A stretch of 64,000 nucleotides of DNA from Gemmatales bacterium (lineage in GTDB: Bacteria; Planctomycetota; Planctomycetia; Gemmatales; HRBIN36), in contig JBEPZY010000005.1 in the NCBI GenBank assembly GCA_041640595.1, positions 160,001 to 224,000 on the forward strand, written 5' to 3'. Below the pieces are notes generated by a model. It was not told where the DNA came from and did no database searches. It was given only the letters and a program-made list of their open reading frames with translations. This document shows positions 13,421 through 24,876 of the stretch, piece after piece (the first letter of the stretch is position 1; each line of letters begins with the position of its first letter). The position numbers and the translations under genes are program-made.

Positions 13421-13672
13421 TTCCCGGCGTTATCCATTACGGCAAGTTTCGCGTGTCCCGCTGCTCAGTGATTCTTTCACACAGCCACGGACTTAGAGCG
13501 AACGAAGACGGTGGGCGTTCGTCGCTCCAATAGCGCAACGATAGCTCCCAACGGCCTGAAGTTTTCCGGGCGGCAAGCCACGGTGTTCGTCGCTCCAATA
13601 CGCCGCGATACTTTTAGACAGTCGGGGACTGAATCTTCGGGCCGCCGAATTGAAGCCGGGGATGGCATCGCG

Positions 13673-14977
13673 TCAGACCAGTTCGAGTGTGCCACGAGCT
13701 TCGTCGTAACTAAACAACTCGCCGAACCGTGCCCACTGCACAAAGGTGTGAAAGACTCGCTGGTGATTTTCTTCGGGCAAGTGCAGGATAATGGTTTCGA
13801 GGACGAAATCCTTGTCCAGACTGCGGTCGGGTTGCTGTTGCAGTGCGGTATAGACCAAGCGAAACAGCCCAATCCGGAGCAGTTGTTCGCGCCAGAGGGC
13901 CTTGCGTTCGGCAGTGGGGGCATTGAGGAAGCGACGCCCCAGCGGGTTGAGAACCACCAAACGCTTGGGCGTGTCCACGAAACCGAGCAGTTCCGCCGCT
14001 GCCACCACGCGCAGCACATGGTCGAAAGGGCGGCGCGTGTCTATGGCAATGCGGAACACGTCTTCGCTACCGCCACGGGCATCCAGGTATTCCAGCAGGC
14101 CGAGAATTTCGCTGGGAGTGGCTTCTGGTAACGGCTCCAATCCGCGCGCCGCTGGGGCGGTCGGCGGTCGCGGTTCATCCGGCAGTTCGTGCCCGGCAAT
14201 GACGTCGTGCAACTGTTCGACCATGGCGAGGAATGCGGGTGCACGATAATCGCGCGGCCGTGGCAAATGGTTCGGTAAAATGGTGCGGATGCGGCCCGGG
14301 TTGGCGCTCAGAATGACGATGCGGTCGGCCAGATATACCGCTTCCTGTATGTCGTGGCTGACGAGGAGAACGGAGGAAGGATGGCGTTCGCTAGACCAGA
14401 TGTCCAGCAGCTCGGCTCGCAGACTCTGAGCCGTCAATGCGTCCACCTGGCTGAACGGTTCGTCCATGAGCAGGATTTCCGGTTCGAGAGCCAATGCTCG
14501 CGCGATGCCGACACGCTGTTTCATGCCCCCGGACAATTCCCGCGGATAACTGTCTTCGAAGCCGGCCAAACCCACCAGGTGCAGTACTCGCTCCGTGCGG
14601 GCTTGCACCTCGTCGGCAGATAAATCAGCCGCCCGCAGAACTATCTCGATGTTCTCCCGTGCCGTCAGCCACGGGTACAAAGCGAAGGTTTGAAAGACAA
14701 TCGCCGTGCCCGGATTCAGCCCCTGCAATTCGTGATTGTGGTAAAGCACCTGGCCAGCGATGGGTCGAATGAGTCCGGCCAGGATGCGTATCAGGGTGGA
14801 CTTGCCACAACCTGATGGCCCCAACAGGGCGAGGATTTCCCTCGGCCGAATGGCCAGGTTGATGTTGGCCAGTACCCGCAACGGCCTGCCGTTGGGCAGC
14901 GTGAAGACGTGCGATACGTCCCGCAGTTCACACAGGCTCTCAGCGACGGCCGTAAGTTCTGTAGTCATCTCCTGCAC
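13673..14977 (-). CDS. NitT/TauT-family ABC transporter ATP-binding protein with C-terminal AAA-associated domain
   Basis: [25 protein letters not shown]-terminal [11 protein letters not shown]. Confidence 0.88.
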   Translation of the reverse strand: MQEMTTELTAVAESLCELRDVSHVFTLPNGRPLRVLANINLAIRPREILALLGPSGCGKSTLIRILAGLIRPIAGQVLYHNHELQGLNPGTAIVFQTFALYPWLTARENIEIVLRAADLSADEVQARTERVLHLVGLAGFEDSYPRELSGGMKQRVGIARALALEPEILLMDEPFSQVDALTAQSLRAELLDIWSSERHPSSVLLVSHDIQEAVYLADRIVILSANPGRIRTILPNHLPRPRDYRAPAFLAMVEQLHDVIAGHELPDEPRPPTAPAARGLEPLPEATPSEILGLLEYLDARGGSEDVFRIAIDTRRPFDHVLRVVAAAELLGFVDTPKRLVVLNPLGRRFLNAPTAERKALWREQLLRIGLFRLVYTALQQQPDRSLDKDFVLETIILHLPEENHQRVFHTFVQWARFGELFSYDEARGTLELV

Positions 14978-14981
14978 CGCG

Positions 14982-16730
14982 TTATTTGCTCAGCGAGAAC
15001 CTGGTCTCGGCGAGTTGGTAAAGTCTGCGCCAGATCAGGCGGTTGAACAGCACCACCACGCCGGCCATCACCAGCACGCCAGCGGCTAGCAGCGGAAAAT
15101 CGGCGTGTTCGGCGGCCCAGCTGATTTTGGCGCCCAATCCGTATGCCTGCAATGTCTCTCCGCCAGCACTGATGTACTCAGCCACGATACTGGCGTTCCA
15201 GGCACCGCCTGCTGCCGTTACCCATCCAGTCACCAGGTGAGGAAAGATTGCTGGTAAGTACAGGATCCGCAGTCGCTGCCGGATATTTAGCCGATAGCTG
15301 TGAGCCACCTCACGCAGGTCGGCCGGGACACTCATGGCGCCAGCGACAACATTGAAAAGGATGTACCACTGCGTGCCCAGCAACATCAGAGCCAGGCTGC
15401 CCCAGTCGAGGGAAATCCCAGCCAGTCGCAGTCCGGCAATTACCAGCGGGAACAACATCGGCGCCGGAAACGATGCCGCCACCTGCACCACCGGTTGGAG
15501 CCAGCGTGCCAGAGTCGGTTGGAGACCGATGGCCAGACCGACGGGCACGGCCCAGAGGGTGCCAATCAGGGTGGAAATCAGGACCCGCGCCAGGGTTGCC
15601 ATGGCCGCGAGCACAAGTTCGGGCCACGCCGACCAGGCAAGTGAGCGTAGGAGTCGGGAGAGTTGCCAGGCACCCCAACCCAGTGTCAGCACCAGGGCCA
15701 GAACCAACGCCCAGGAGCATACCACTGTCCAGCGGGGCGAACCTGTCTGGTACGGTTTTGCAAGGGGAAGCGGGGAGCTAACGGTTGCGTGTTTCGCTTG
15801 CCGATCGCGCAACCAGCGGCGCAGGCCGGCTATCAGCGTAGAACGACGTAGCCAGGTCAGAAACCACGACGATGCGGGCAAGGCAGTCCCAGTTTCCTCA
15901 ATGCGAAACTTCTGTGCCCAGACAACCAGGGGCCGCCATAGCAATTGGTCTAAGGCGACAATGAGCAGCGTCATCGCCAGAATCGCCCAGAGCATGGCGT
16001 CCACACGTCCTTGTTCCACGGCAACACTCATGTACGAACCCAGCCCCGGCAATCGGAAATCTCTGTCGCCGAGATGGTATGTCTCGTTGATCATCAGGAA
16101 GAACCATCCGCCGGCCATACTCATCATGGAGTTCCAGACCAGACCCATAGTAGCGCCGGGCAACTCCAGCCAGCGTAACCGCTGCCACCAGTTCAGGCGA
16201 AACGCTGCCGCCACTTCCTGCATGTCTTGCGGCAGCGAGCGCAACGATTGATAGAAACTGAACGTCATGTTCCAGACCTGACCGGTGAAAATCATCACGA
16301 TGGCCGCCAATTCCAGGCCGACATTGCTGTACGGAAATGCCGCCGTCAGACCGAGTACCAGGCCGGGCAGAAAACCAAGAACGGGAATGCTCTGCAGAAT
16401 GTCGAGCAAGGGGATGAGTACTCGTTCCGCCACGCGGTCTTTCGCCGCCCAGTAACCATACAGCAAAGTAAATCCCAACGAGAGCATGTAGGCCAGCAGT
16501 CCGCGCATCAGAGAGTAGAAGGTGTATTTCGGCAGAGCCGTCGGGGACAGTGTGATCTCCACAACCGGGCGATGGGGCCCTGCCCACTCTTTGGCCAGAT
16601 CGAGCAGGCCGTAGAGTAAACCGGCCAGTCCGAGCACAATCAACAGATCCACGCCAGTCAGCTGACGTGCCCGTTGCAGCAGAGCAGTCGCTTCTCCCCA
16701 GATTCGCCGATAAATCACCGGCCGCTGCAT
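14982..16730 (-). CDS. NitT/TauT-family ABC transporter permease (two BPD_transp_1 domains)
   Basis: [37 protein letters not shown]. Start set at MQRPV. Confidence 0.85.
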   Translation of the reverse strand: MQRPVIYRRIWGEATALLQRARQLTGVDLLIVLGLAGLLYGLLDLAKEWAGPHRPVVEITLSPTALPKYTFYSLMRGLLAYMLSLGFTLLYGYWAAKDRVAERVLIPLLDILQSIPVLGFLPGLVLGLTAAFPYSNVGLELAAIVMIFTGQVWNMTFSFYQSLRSLPQDMQEVAAAFRLNWWQRLRWLELPGATMGLVWNSMMSMAGGWFFLMINETYHLGDRDFRLPGLGSYMSVAVEQGRVDAMLWAILAMTLLIVALDQLLWRPLVVWAQKFRIEETGTALPASSWFLTWLRRSTLIAGLRRWLRDRQAKHATVSSPLPLAKPYQTGSPRWTVVCSWALVLALVLTLGWGAWQLSRLLRSLAWSAWPELVLAAMATLARVLISTLIGTLWAVPVGLAIGLQPTLARWLQPVVQVAASFPAPMLFPLVIAGLRLAGISLDWGSLALMLLGTQWYILFNVVAGAMSVPADLREVAHSYRLNIRQRLRILYLPAIFPHLVTGWVTAAGGAWNASIVAEYISAGGETLQAYGLGAKISWAAEHADFPLLAAGVLVMAGVVVLFNRLIWRRLYQLAETRFSLSK

Positions 16731-16858
16731 GGAACCTATTTTACAAACCGAATCCCGCGAGCCGGCGGACACGGTGAACAAGGCGCACAGCGAATGCGTT
16801 TCCTGCGCCGCTTGCTGGCTTCATTCGCCATTTGCCATTCGCCCATCGCTGCGCGTTG

Positions 16859-19714
16859 CTATTGCCGCGGTGGGCTTACATCGGCGTTGCCCTGACTAAC
16901 CGTGCTGATGGCTTCGACAGCCACTGCGGCGACTTTATATTCGGGAATCTTGGCGACCGGATCCGTGGCCGGGTTGGTGAGAGTGTTGGCATTGCGGTCG
17001 GCGGGAAAATGGAAGTTGGCGAATACTACGCCCGGTGCCGTTCGTTCCGTGATCCAGGTTCGTGCCACCATCTGTCCCCTTCGCGATCGCAAACGGACGG
17101 GCATGCCGTCGCGCAGCCCTAAAACCGAGGCGTCATCCGGATGAATTTCCACCAGCGGTTCCGGATAAATCTGCGCCAGACCGCTGCTTCGCCGCGTCAG
17201 TTCCCCACCGTGCCAGTGGTAAAGCACGCGGCCGGTGGTGAGCACGAAAGGAAATTGTTCATCCGGCCATTCGGCTGGCGGCAGGTGCTCCACGACATGG
17301 AATCGCCCACGACCACGCGGAAAACTTTCGGTGAACAGAATCGGCGTGCCCGGGTGCGTGCTTTCGGGAACAGGCCAGTGGAGTTGCTCGCCCCGCTCCA
17401 GCCGCGCGTAGCTGATGCCGGAGTAAATCGGTGTCAGGGCGGACAGTTCCTGGAAAATATCGCCGGGGGTCTGGTAATTCCAGGCAGCCCACGGGCCTGC
17501 TGGCTGACGTAGTTGCCGTGCTAATATGCGCCTGGCGAGCTCGGCCAGGATCGCCCAATCGGCACGCGCTTCTCCTGGTGGCGACAGTGCCGATCGAACT
17601 GGCTGGACACGCCTTTCCGTGTTGGTGAATGTGCCGGACTTTTCGGCGAAAGAGACACCCGGCAGCAACACGTCAGCAAAATGGGAGGTTTCGGAGGGGA
17701 AAATCTCCTGAAGCACGAGGAACTCGCCTCGCGCCAGACACTCTCGGGTATGTGTCAGATGCGGTTCCGTCAGCGCCAAATCCTCGCCCAGAACATACAG
17801 CGCTCGTAACTTGCCAGCGCCGAACTGCTGTACCATTTCCGTTACCGTCAGGCCGGGTTTGTTTTCCAGCCCCAGCGTCGGGCTGTGCGAAACGGCGTTG
17901 ACCGCTGGAGCAAGCGCCCAGGCATCATCGAACTTTCGCACGATCCGGGCATCGCTGACCGGTTGGTATCCTGGAAATACGTTGGGTAGAGCTCCCACGT
18001 CGCAGGCTCCTTGAACATTGTTCTGCCCGCGCAGGGGATTTACTCCGCCGCCCGGGATACCGAGATTACCCAGAAGCATCTGCAGGTTGGCCAGTGCCAG
18101 TACGTTGAGCACGCCCGTGGTATGTTGCGTAATCCCCATGGCCCAGATCGCCGCCAGCGGTTTGGTTCTGGCCAGCAACTCGGCTGCTTGCCTTAACTGT
18201 TCCACCGGCACACGGGTGATTTGCGAGACTCGTTCTGGCGGATAGGCAGCCAGCGAGGCTGCAAACGCTTCGAAATTCTCACACCGCTGGGCTATGAAAT
18301 CGTGGTCGTGCCAGCCGTTGGCCACGATGATGTGCATCAGGCCATTGAGCAGGGCGACGTCGGTGCCAGGCAGATGTTGCAAATGCAGCCTGGCCAGACT
18401 GGTGATGTCAATGCGGCGAGGATCTGCCACGACCAGCACCAAGCCACGCCGCAAGATCGCCTGCCGTAACTTTGTCCCGAACACAGGATGCTGTTCGGTG
18501 ACGTTCGACCCAATCAGAAACACGCCCGCCGCGTGCTCGGCAATATCGGCCATGGTGTTGCTCATGGCACCGGAGCCAAACGCCATCGTCAACCCGGCTA
18601 CCGTTGAGGAGTGGCACAACCGCGCACAGTGATCCACGTTGTGCGTGCCGAACACCTGCCGGGCCAGCTTTTGCATCAGGTAGTTTTCTTCGTTGGTGCA
18701 CTTGGCCGAGGAGAGAAAGCCAAGCGCATTTCCTCCATTGTGCCGCCAAACTTCCGCGAGTTTGTCCGCGACCAGGTTCAGAGCCGTTTCCCAATCCACA
18801 GCCACCCATTGTCGGGCTTGCGATTGGGCTTGCCGTTTCGGTATGCCTTCCAGCAGGTAACGCCGTACCAGAGGTCGCACGAGCCGATCCCCGTGATGGA
18901 CGTAGTCGTAACCGTAACGTCCTTTAACGCACAAATGCAGACCGTTCACAGGGGAGTCGGGATTTCCGCTAACGCGAATGATGCGGTTGTCTTTCACGTG
19001 CAGGATGATGCCACAACCAACGCCGCAGTAACTGCACACAGTCGGCACCAGGTTATCGGCTTTGCCCCGACCCACCGACATCTTGTCAGCGAGTGCTCCG
19101 GTAGGGCAGTAAGCGGCACAGGCACCGCACGATTCGCAGCCAGCTTCCAGCATCGTGCCGTCGGTTCCGGCGACAATTCGGGCATCTGCGCCGCGACCGG
19201 CTACGCCCCAGACGAAACGTCCCTGCACTTCTGCACACGCCCGTACACACCGCGTACACAAGATACATTTGTTCCAGTCCACCCACACAAACGGATTCGG
19301 GTCGCTGTTGATCGGGAACCGGGCCACACGCTCGCCATCCTGACCAGGCTGCACACCGAAATGACGCAGCCAGTGCTCGAACTCCGTTTCCTCGTGATCC
19401 CCGGATGCGTAGCCGCTATCCACGTAACGCAGCGACAGCAACCGCAGGATGAATCGCCGCGTTGACTGTAGCCGTGGGGTATCCGTCCGGACACGCATGT
19501 CCCAGCAGACTCTGGTAACGCATGCCGGCACCAGGTTACGCAGGTTTTCCACCTCCACCAGGCATAACCGACACGAACCCACCGGACTCAGGTCGGGATG
19601 GTAGCACAAAGTGGGAATCGTCCGGCCGATCTGGCGAGCAGCCTCCAGGATCGTCGCGCCGGGCCGCGCTTGCACTGGCTGGTCATCTATCACGAGTGGA
19701 ATCATGCCGTCCAT
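16859..19714 (-). CDS. fdhF: Formate dehydrogenase alpha subunit (Mo/W-bisPGD, Cys ligand)
   Basis: N-terminal 2Fe-2S (CRLCLVE), CILCTRCVRAC, CESCGACAAYCP, CSYCGVGC, DHCARLCHSST, LRGQNNVQG, KIPEYK. Confidence 0.9.
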   Translation of the reverse strand: MDGMIPLVIDDQPVQARPGATILEAARQIGRTIPTLCYHPDLSPVGSCRLCLVEVENLRNLVPACVTRVCWDMRVRTDTPRLQSTRRFILRLLSLRYVDSGYASGDHEETEFEHWLRHFGVQPGQDGERVARFPINSDPNPFVWVDWNKCILCTRCVRACAEVQGRFVWGVAGRGADARIVAGTDGTMLEAGCESCGACAAYCPTGALADKMSVGRGKADNLVPTVCSYCGVGCGIILHVKDNRIIRVSGNPDSPVNGLHLCVKGRYGYDYVHHGDRLVRPLVRRYLLEGIPKRQAQSQARQWVAVDWETALNLVADKLAEVWRHNGGNALGFLSSAKCTNEENYLMQKLARQVFGTHNVDHCARLCHSSTVAGLTMAFGSGAMSNTMADIAEHAAGVFLIGSNVTEQHPVFGTKLRQAILRRGLVLVVADPRRIDITSLARLHLQHLPGTDVALLNGLMHIIVANGWHDHDFIAQRCENFEAFAASLAAYPPERVSQITRVPVEQLRQAAELLARTKPLAAIWAMGITQHTTGVLNVLALANLQMLLGNLGIPGGGVNPLRGQNNVQGACDVGALPNVFPGYQPVSDARIVRKFDDAWALAPAVNAVSHSPTLGLENKPGLTVTEMVQQFGAGKLRALYVLGEDLALTEPHLTHTRECLARGEFLVLQEIFPSETSHFADVLLPGVSFAEKSGTFTNTERRVQPVRSALSPPGEARADWAILAELARRILARQLRQPAGPWAAWNYQTPGDIFQELSALTPIYSGISYARLERGEQLHWPVPESTHPGTPILFTESFPRGRGRFHVVEHLPPAEWPDEQFPFVLTTGRVLYHWHGGELTRRSSGLAQIYPEPLVEIHPDDASVLGLRDGMPVRLRSRRGQMVARTWITERTAPGVVFANFHFPADRNANTLTNPATDPVAKIPEYKVAAVAVEAISTVSQGNADVSPPRQ

Positions 19715-20022
19715 GTTCGGTTCGCTTTCCGCAATGGGGGAGTCCAGGTTTCACCGAGGGGCCATTCAAGCGAAAAGACAGCTAAGCTGGCAGCCGCAGA
19801 CCACCGCCAGGCTAGCCCAGGTTCATTCGAAGAGCCGTTCAAGCAACAGCGACACACTCTGGCGGAATTCTAGCCGGCGACCGAACCTCCGAAATAGCGA
19901 CACACTTTAGTGCAATTCTAAGCCGGGCCGACCCGGCATTCACGGGGTGCACAGCCCCCTCCTGATACACGCCAGAGTTCGCTTCGAAATGCCCATTTTG
20001 CAATGGCGACACGCACGTTCGC

Positions 20023-20410
20023 AAGAGCGGCGGGCGTCAGCCCGCCGTGGTTCGTGGTACGACCGCTGTATCGTGAGAAACGAACATTGTCCAGTGGCTA
20101 GCGAACGTACAACGAAGAGCGGCGGGCGTGAGCCCGCCGTGGTTCGGATTCGCACTTGCAACTACTTTGAGGGGGATGAATACGATGACGGGTGGCGGGT
20201 GTGTCAGCCCGCCGTGGTTCGAATTCACACTTGCAACGGCGACCGGCTTTTGCGGACTGATTAACGTCCCGACCGCACGTTCGGCTCCCCAAACCACGGC
20301 TGGCTTACGCCAGCCGCTCTTGGTTGGACGCGCGAATGCCGACGTGGAAATGCGTTTTCCACCTGCGAGCGCGCTACTTTCCGCAGTGCTGGCTTACGCC
20401 AACCGCTCCT
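20023..20410. repeat. Cluster of five REP-like hairpin repeats (three +, two -)
   Basis: AAGAGCGGCGGGCGTsAGCCCGCCGTGGTTCG at 20023 and 20115, a variant at 20194, and inverted copies at 20292-20321 and 20388-20410. Confidence 0.8.
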
Positions 20411-20656
20411 GGTGCACGACCGGTGTCCGGTGCCATTCCTGGCCTGGACAGAGTCTTGCAACAGCTTGCATCTCGAAGGGGTGGCTGCGTGAACCATGGA
20501 AACCCACCGGTGGAGGCTAAGGCAGCTAACGAACATGCTCCACTCCGGTCTGCGGGAACCCTGGGAACCGACCGGTGCCGCACCGTGGCTGCATTATGCG
20601 AAATACTTTGCCACGAATTGCGTCTATTTGGTCATGGGTATCGAAGGAGACCGGCC

Positions 20657-23587
20657 ATGAGCTTTCGCGCGCCTGCTGTGTCACTGATCCAGACCTGCTG
20701 GCATCCGGTTCTTTCGAGCGTAGCCGAACCGACCAGTGGGGCATCCAAACCTTGCTGCTTTCCCCTATGGATAGTGGGGGCGTTTGACGACGGATTCATA
20801 GGCGGGTTGACGTGTTTGGCCTTTTTACTTTTGTTGCTGGTCGTCTGGTTTCTCGTGCATCCGTTGATGGTGCTGTCGCGTCTAAGAGAAATCCTGCGGT
20901 TGCTAATCCGGTTGCAACGAGAGCAGCTGGAATTCCAGGAAACCATGACCAGGCTGCTCGCAGAACGAAAAACGGCACCGATTCCTCAAGCCCAGGTGGA
21001 ACCGACAACGTCCTGGCAGCGGACTGTAGAAACGCAACCAGTACCAGGACATCAGCCGATTCCGGAAACATTGCCCACAGCGCAAGCCGTTTCCGAGAAA
21101 GTGCAGCGTCTTGCCAGCCAACTTGCCAGCGTCTCGGAACCTTCGACGCCGGTTACCGGCGAGGCGGTTCCTGCAACCTCCACTACGCCGCCCGGCGCAA
21201 CTGCCTTACGGCCAGAAGCAACGCCGCCCGAAGAGCTAGAGGCCGTTGTTGCCGAGTTATCCGCGTCGCTCCCTGATTTGGATTCGGTGACTGGTGCCGC
21301 TGAACCATCTGCTTCCGCGTCGCAGGCAGCAACATCCGCGGCTGGCACAGCCGAAGAGCCTGTTCCTCGGGTTACGCTAGTGGATTCAGAGCAACCGGGG
21401 CCGAGTCCAGTTTCCCCTCCTCGACAACCGGGTCGGTTTGAACGAGCCGCTGCGGAAATGCTCCGCCGCATCTGGAACTGGATTATCGTGGGCGAGGAAT
21501 ATATCCCTGCGGGCATGTCCTATGAGTTTGCCGTAGCAGTGCACTGGTTATTACGGCTTGGCGTGGCCCTGATTGTGGTTGGCATGGCTTTCTTTTTGCG
21601 CTACAGTGTCGAACGGGGTTGGATTCCACCGGAAGGCCGAGTGGTCATCGCGGCCTGTACGGGTCTTAGTCTTCTGGTCGCGGGAACCTGGATGTTGCCC
21701 GGACGTTTACGCCTTCTGGGCATGGCCATTCAAGCTATTGGCCTGACGACACTCTATATCTCCGTTTATGCTGCTCATCATTGGTACCATCTAATCAACC
21801 AATCCGTGGCATTCGGCCTGATGTGCCTGATTACCCTGACCACAGCCGGTATCGCGGTGGGATTCGATTCGCTTTACGTAGCGTTCCTCGCTTTATTAGG
21901 TGGTTATGCGACGCCGATTTTGTTACCCACGGAAACAGCCAATCTCCCGGGCCTATATGCTTACCTGATCATCCTGGGTGCCGGATTGATTACGATTAGT
22001 CTCTGGAGAAACTGGCCGATAGTCAATCTGGCAAGTTTCCTGGCTAACTATACCATCACGATCACTGCCTTGCTTAGTGACCTGATGAGTCGCACTTATA
22101 CCCCTGGGGAGTTCTGGAGATTGTTGCCTTTCCTCAGCGGGATGTTCCTGACATTTTCCACGCTGGTCTGGGTCCACAATTTCCGTAAGCGCGTTCCCTC
22201 GAATCTGCTGGACTGGTTTGTGTTACTTGTAAATGCCCTGATTTACTTTGCCATTACGGTGGGTCTGTTATTTCACGTTTACGAAACGCAGGACGCGAGG
22301 TACATGGCCGGCTTAGTTACCCTTGCTCTGTGCGCGTTTTATATCGGACACGTGTGGTTCCTGGTATTTAGTCGGCACCAGGACGAGGAATTACAGGTCG
22401 GTTTTCTGGCGCTGGCGGCATTTTTCCTCGGCGTTACTTTTCCACTGATCCTGAGCAACGAATGGTGGACTTCCGCCTGGGCTATCCAGGCACTCGTTAT
22501 GTTGTGGCTAAGCAACCGGTTATCCGCGAATTTCCTGCGTCGTGTTGCCTACCTGGTGTTTGCCATTGTCCTTATCAAGCTTGCCTACGATTTGCCTCAG
22601 TATTATACCGATGCCAGCCCTATTGAATATATGCCCGTCAGCGAGTATTTACGCGACGAGCTCGGCAGGCGTCTATTGATATTCGGCATCCCCTTAGGGT
22701 GCTTAATAGTGGGAGCGATCAAGTTATGGCCACCCGAGCTTAGTTCGCAGCAGCTCCGTCAGCATCCTGAAGCAATCATGCGAGTGAATGGCGGTGTGGT
22801 GTATTTATTTATAAGTGCCGCCCTAGCGGTATTTGTGTGGTTGCATTTCGAGGTTTGGCGGACTGTCGGGTATTTCTACGAACCGTTACGGCTACCGATC
22901 CTTACCTGGCTCTATATTGCCCTGGCCGGCATGGCGCTCTGGATTTATATAGCGATTGGTTTGGCCACGTGGTTTCTGCCTGTTTTTGTGATTCTCAGCC
23001 TGGTGGTTCTGGTCAAGTTCTTGATAGACCTGGCCACCTGGCCGTGGTTAGTTGATTTGGTTAGCGATCCAACTTTAGCGCCGCCCTACCGGCCTGAGGA
23101 TATATTGCCGCGACTGCTGGATTTCCTCGGTGTAATCATGCTTTTCGGATTAGCGGCTCGGGTACTACCCACGCAAGCCCAAGCTCAGACAAACCTGCGC
23201 GGGCTGTTCGTGGGCACTGCGCTTATTCTGATCTTTTTCTTCGCTACGCTGGAAACGAGCGTGTTCTTAGGCAATTTTCTTCCTGAATTTCATGCTGGCG
23301 GGATCTCGCTTCTCTGGGGCCTTTTTGCGCTGGGGTTCATTGTCGGCGGTCTGGTGTGGGACAGTAAGATGCTGCGTGTAAGCGGGTTGTTGTTATTTGC
23401 TGTTGTTGCTGGTAAGATATTCCTGTCGGATTTGTCTCACCTGGAGTTATATTATCGCTTTATAGCTCTCGTCTTAATAGGCATGGTAGCACTGGCGGGT
23501 TCCTATGCTTATCAACGTGCCCAGCACATGCTTTCGCGTTCATCTGTGCCGGCATCGGAAAGAGACACCGTGGAGCAGAGCGAATGA
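20657..23587 (+). CDS. DUF2339 family multi-pass membrane protein (start uncertain)
   Basis: Pro/Ala-rich linker, then [43 protein letters not shown] and many TM helices. The ORF-track start at 20324 runs through REP DNA and is unlikely. Confidence 0.75.
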   Translation: MSFRAPAVSLIQTCWHPVLSSVAEPTSGASKPCCFPLWIVGAFDDGFIGGLTCLAFLLLLLVVWFLVHPLMVLSRLREILRLLIRLQREQLEFQETMTRLLAERKTAPIPQAQVEPTTSWQRTVETQPVPGHQPIPETLPTAQAVSEKVQRLASQLASVSEPSTPVTGEAVPATSTTPPGATALRPEATPPEELEAVVAELSASLPDLDSVTGAAEPSASASQAATSAAGTAEEPVPRVTLVDSEQPGPSPVSPPRQPGRFERAAAEMLRRIWNWIIVGEEYIPAGMSYEFAVAVHWLLRLGVALIVVGMAFFLRYSVERGWIPPEGRVVIAACTGLSLLVAGTWMLPGRLRLLGMAIQAIGLTTLYISVYAAHHWYHLINQSVAFGLMCLITLTTAGIAVGFDSLYVAFLALLGGYATPILLPTETANLPGLYAYLIILGAGLITISLWRNWPIVNLASFLANYTITITALLSDLMSRTYTPGEFWRLLPFLSGMFLTFSTLVWVHNFRKRVPSNLLDWFVLLVNALIYFAITVGLLFHVYETQDARYMAGLVTLALCAFYIGHVWFLVFSRHQDEELQVGFLALAAFFLGVTFPLILSNEWWTSAWAIQALVMLWLSNRLSANFLRRVAYLVFAIVLIKLAYDLPQYYTDASPIEYMPVSEYLRDELGRRLLIFGIPLGCLIVGAIKLWPPELSSQQLRQHPEAIMRVNGGVVYLFISAALAVFVWLHFEVWRTVGYFYEPLRLPILTWLYIALAGMALWIYIAIGLATWFLPVFVILSLVVLVKFLIDLATWPWLVDLVSDPTLAPPYRPEDILPRLLDFLGVIMLFGLAARVLPTQAQAQTNLRGLFVGTALILIFFFATLETSVFLGNFLPEFHAGGISLLWGLFALGFIVGGLVWDSKMLRVSGLLLFAVVAGKIFLSDLSHLELYYRFIALVLIGMVALAGSYAYQRAQHMLSRSSVPASERDTVEQSE

Positions 23588-24519
23588 AAAATGGAACTAT
23601 AGGACTGTGCACAATGCTGATTTTGCCTGTACTGGTGTGGGCGCAGTTACCGTACCGATTTTGCAAAGTGATCGACTTGGATTCGCTACAGGAACCAACC
23701 CTGGTCGCTGTCGCACTGGACAGCGACATTTATGAGGTAACACAGGAAAACTATGCGGATGTACGGATCGTAGATGAAGACGGCGTGGAGGTGGCTTATT
23801 TATTAGACCCGTTGGATTTCCAATCTGGAGCGAACTTGCCGGAAAAGCACCTATATACGGGACGACATTATAACGTGGCAGGATTCGAGGTAGTGCAATC
23901 GCAAAACGGGCGGGAAATGCAGGTACTCGTGCAAAGCCGGCGGGAACCGTGGACGGCACTGATCCTGGAGGTAGGTGAGTGTAACTTTCGGCGTTCAGCT
24001 CGCGTGGAAGCCGTGGGCAGTGGGCGAAGAATCCTGGTCAAAGGCGAGCTTAGTTGTCTGCATCTCGGAGGTATTAGAAAGGAACAGATGGAGCTAAGCT
24101 TTCCCGAGCAGCGCTGTGCTCAATATCGGATCATCATAGAGAATGAGGGCAGTCCGCCCTTGAAAGTTAAGGGAGTGCGGGCACTGGGAAACGTGCACCG
24201 CTTATTTTTCATCGCCGAGCCGGGAAAAAGTTACCGCCTTTATTACGGCGGGCGGATGGAAGAACGGCCTCGCTATGATGCTTTTGCCATTGAGGAGGCG
24301 TTGCGGCATGGCCTGGTGCCGAAACTCGCCAGACTGGGCGAGCAAGTTGTGAATGAAAATTACGTAGAACCCCCGCGGTTCTGGTTTTGGAATCGCTGGT
24401 CCTGGTCGCAGATGGGCTTGCTTTTTCTGGCCGTGCTGGCAGTGCTCTTGTGCTGGAGTTTGTATTACACCGCCAAGCGTGTGCGCTGGTCGTCTGCTGG
24501 CCAGAAAGGAAACGGTTGA
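23584..24519 (+). CDS. Exported protein with C-terminal TM anchor (DUF3999-like partner of DUF2339)
   Basis: ATGA overlap with the upstream stop, signal peptide, [20 protein letters not shown]-terminal TM. Confidence 0.55.
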   Translation: MKNGTIGLCTMLILPVLVWAQLPYRFCKVIDLDSLQEPTLVAVALDSDIYEVTQENYADVRIVDEDGVEVAYLLDPLDFQSGANLPEKHLYTGRHYNVAGFEVVQSQNGREMQVLVQSRREPWTALILEVGECNFRRSARVEAVGSGRRILVKGELSCLHLGGIRKEQMELSFPEQRCAQYRIIIENEGSPPLKVKGVRALGNVHRLFFIAEPGKSYRLYYGGRMEERPRYDAFAIEEALRHGLVPKLARLGEQVVNENYVEPPRFWFWNRWSWSQMGLLFLAVLAVLLCWSLYYTAKRVRWSSAGQKGNG

Positions 24520-24876
24520 GGGTTTGCATCCGTTCTGGCCATTGGTTTTTCCGGGGGCGGTTGCCGGGTGTACGGGTTTCCGATATGATGTTGGCCAACT
24601 TGCTATCGCAAATGGCGAAAATTGGTATCGGTGTACTCGAATAAGGGAGCGGAAATCCCTTGCTGGCGGAAAAGCGTGACGGAGGAGCGATGCTGCGATT
24701 TGATCCGGAAATGGGAAGCCGAAGACGCGGGAAAGGCCGACGCAAAGTGGGCCGAAAAAAGCGGCGGATGCGCAGTAAGATACGCCATCGTAAGAAGTAA
24801 TTCCCTTCGCTTTCACCGACGGGCTCGAAAACAGAGCGATCGGGCCCTGGGAAATGTGCGGCACGGACAACGTTTG

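Noticed and set aside
16859..19714. Selenocysteine recoding in the formate dehydrogenase
   Set aside because: Active site reads CARLCH with a Cys codon; no in-frame TGA
20023..20237. Possible mini-CRISPR array (about 32-nt palindromic repeat, two copies followed by ..TTGCAAC)
   Set aside because: Uneven spacing, degenerate and inverted copies, dispersed copies elsewhere and no cas genes; fits a REP/BIME element better
24520..24876. Intergenic GGGAAAGGCCGACGCAAAGT resembling a c-di-GMP-I riboswitch core
   Set aside because: Flanking P1/P2 elements could not be built, and it lies between convergent gene ends
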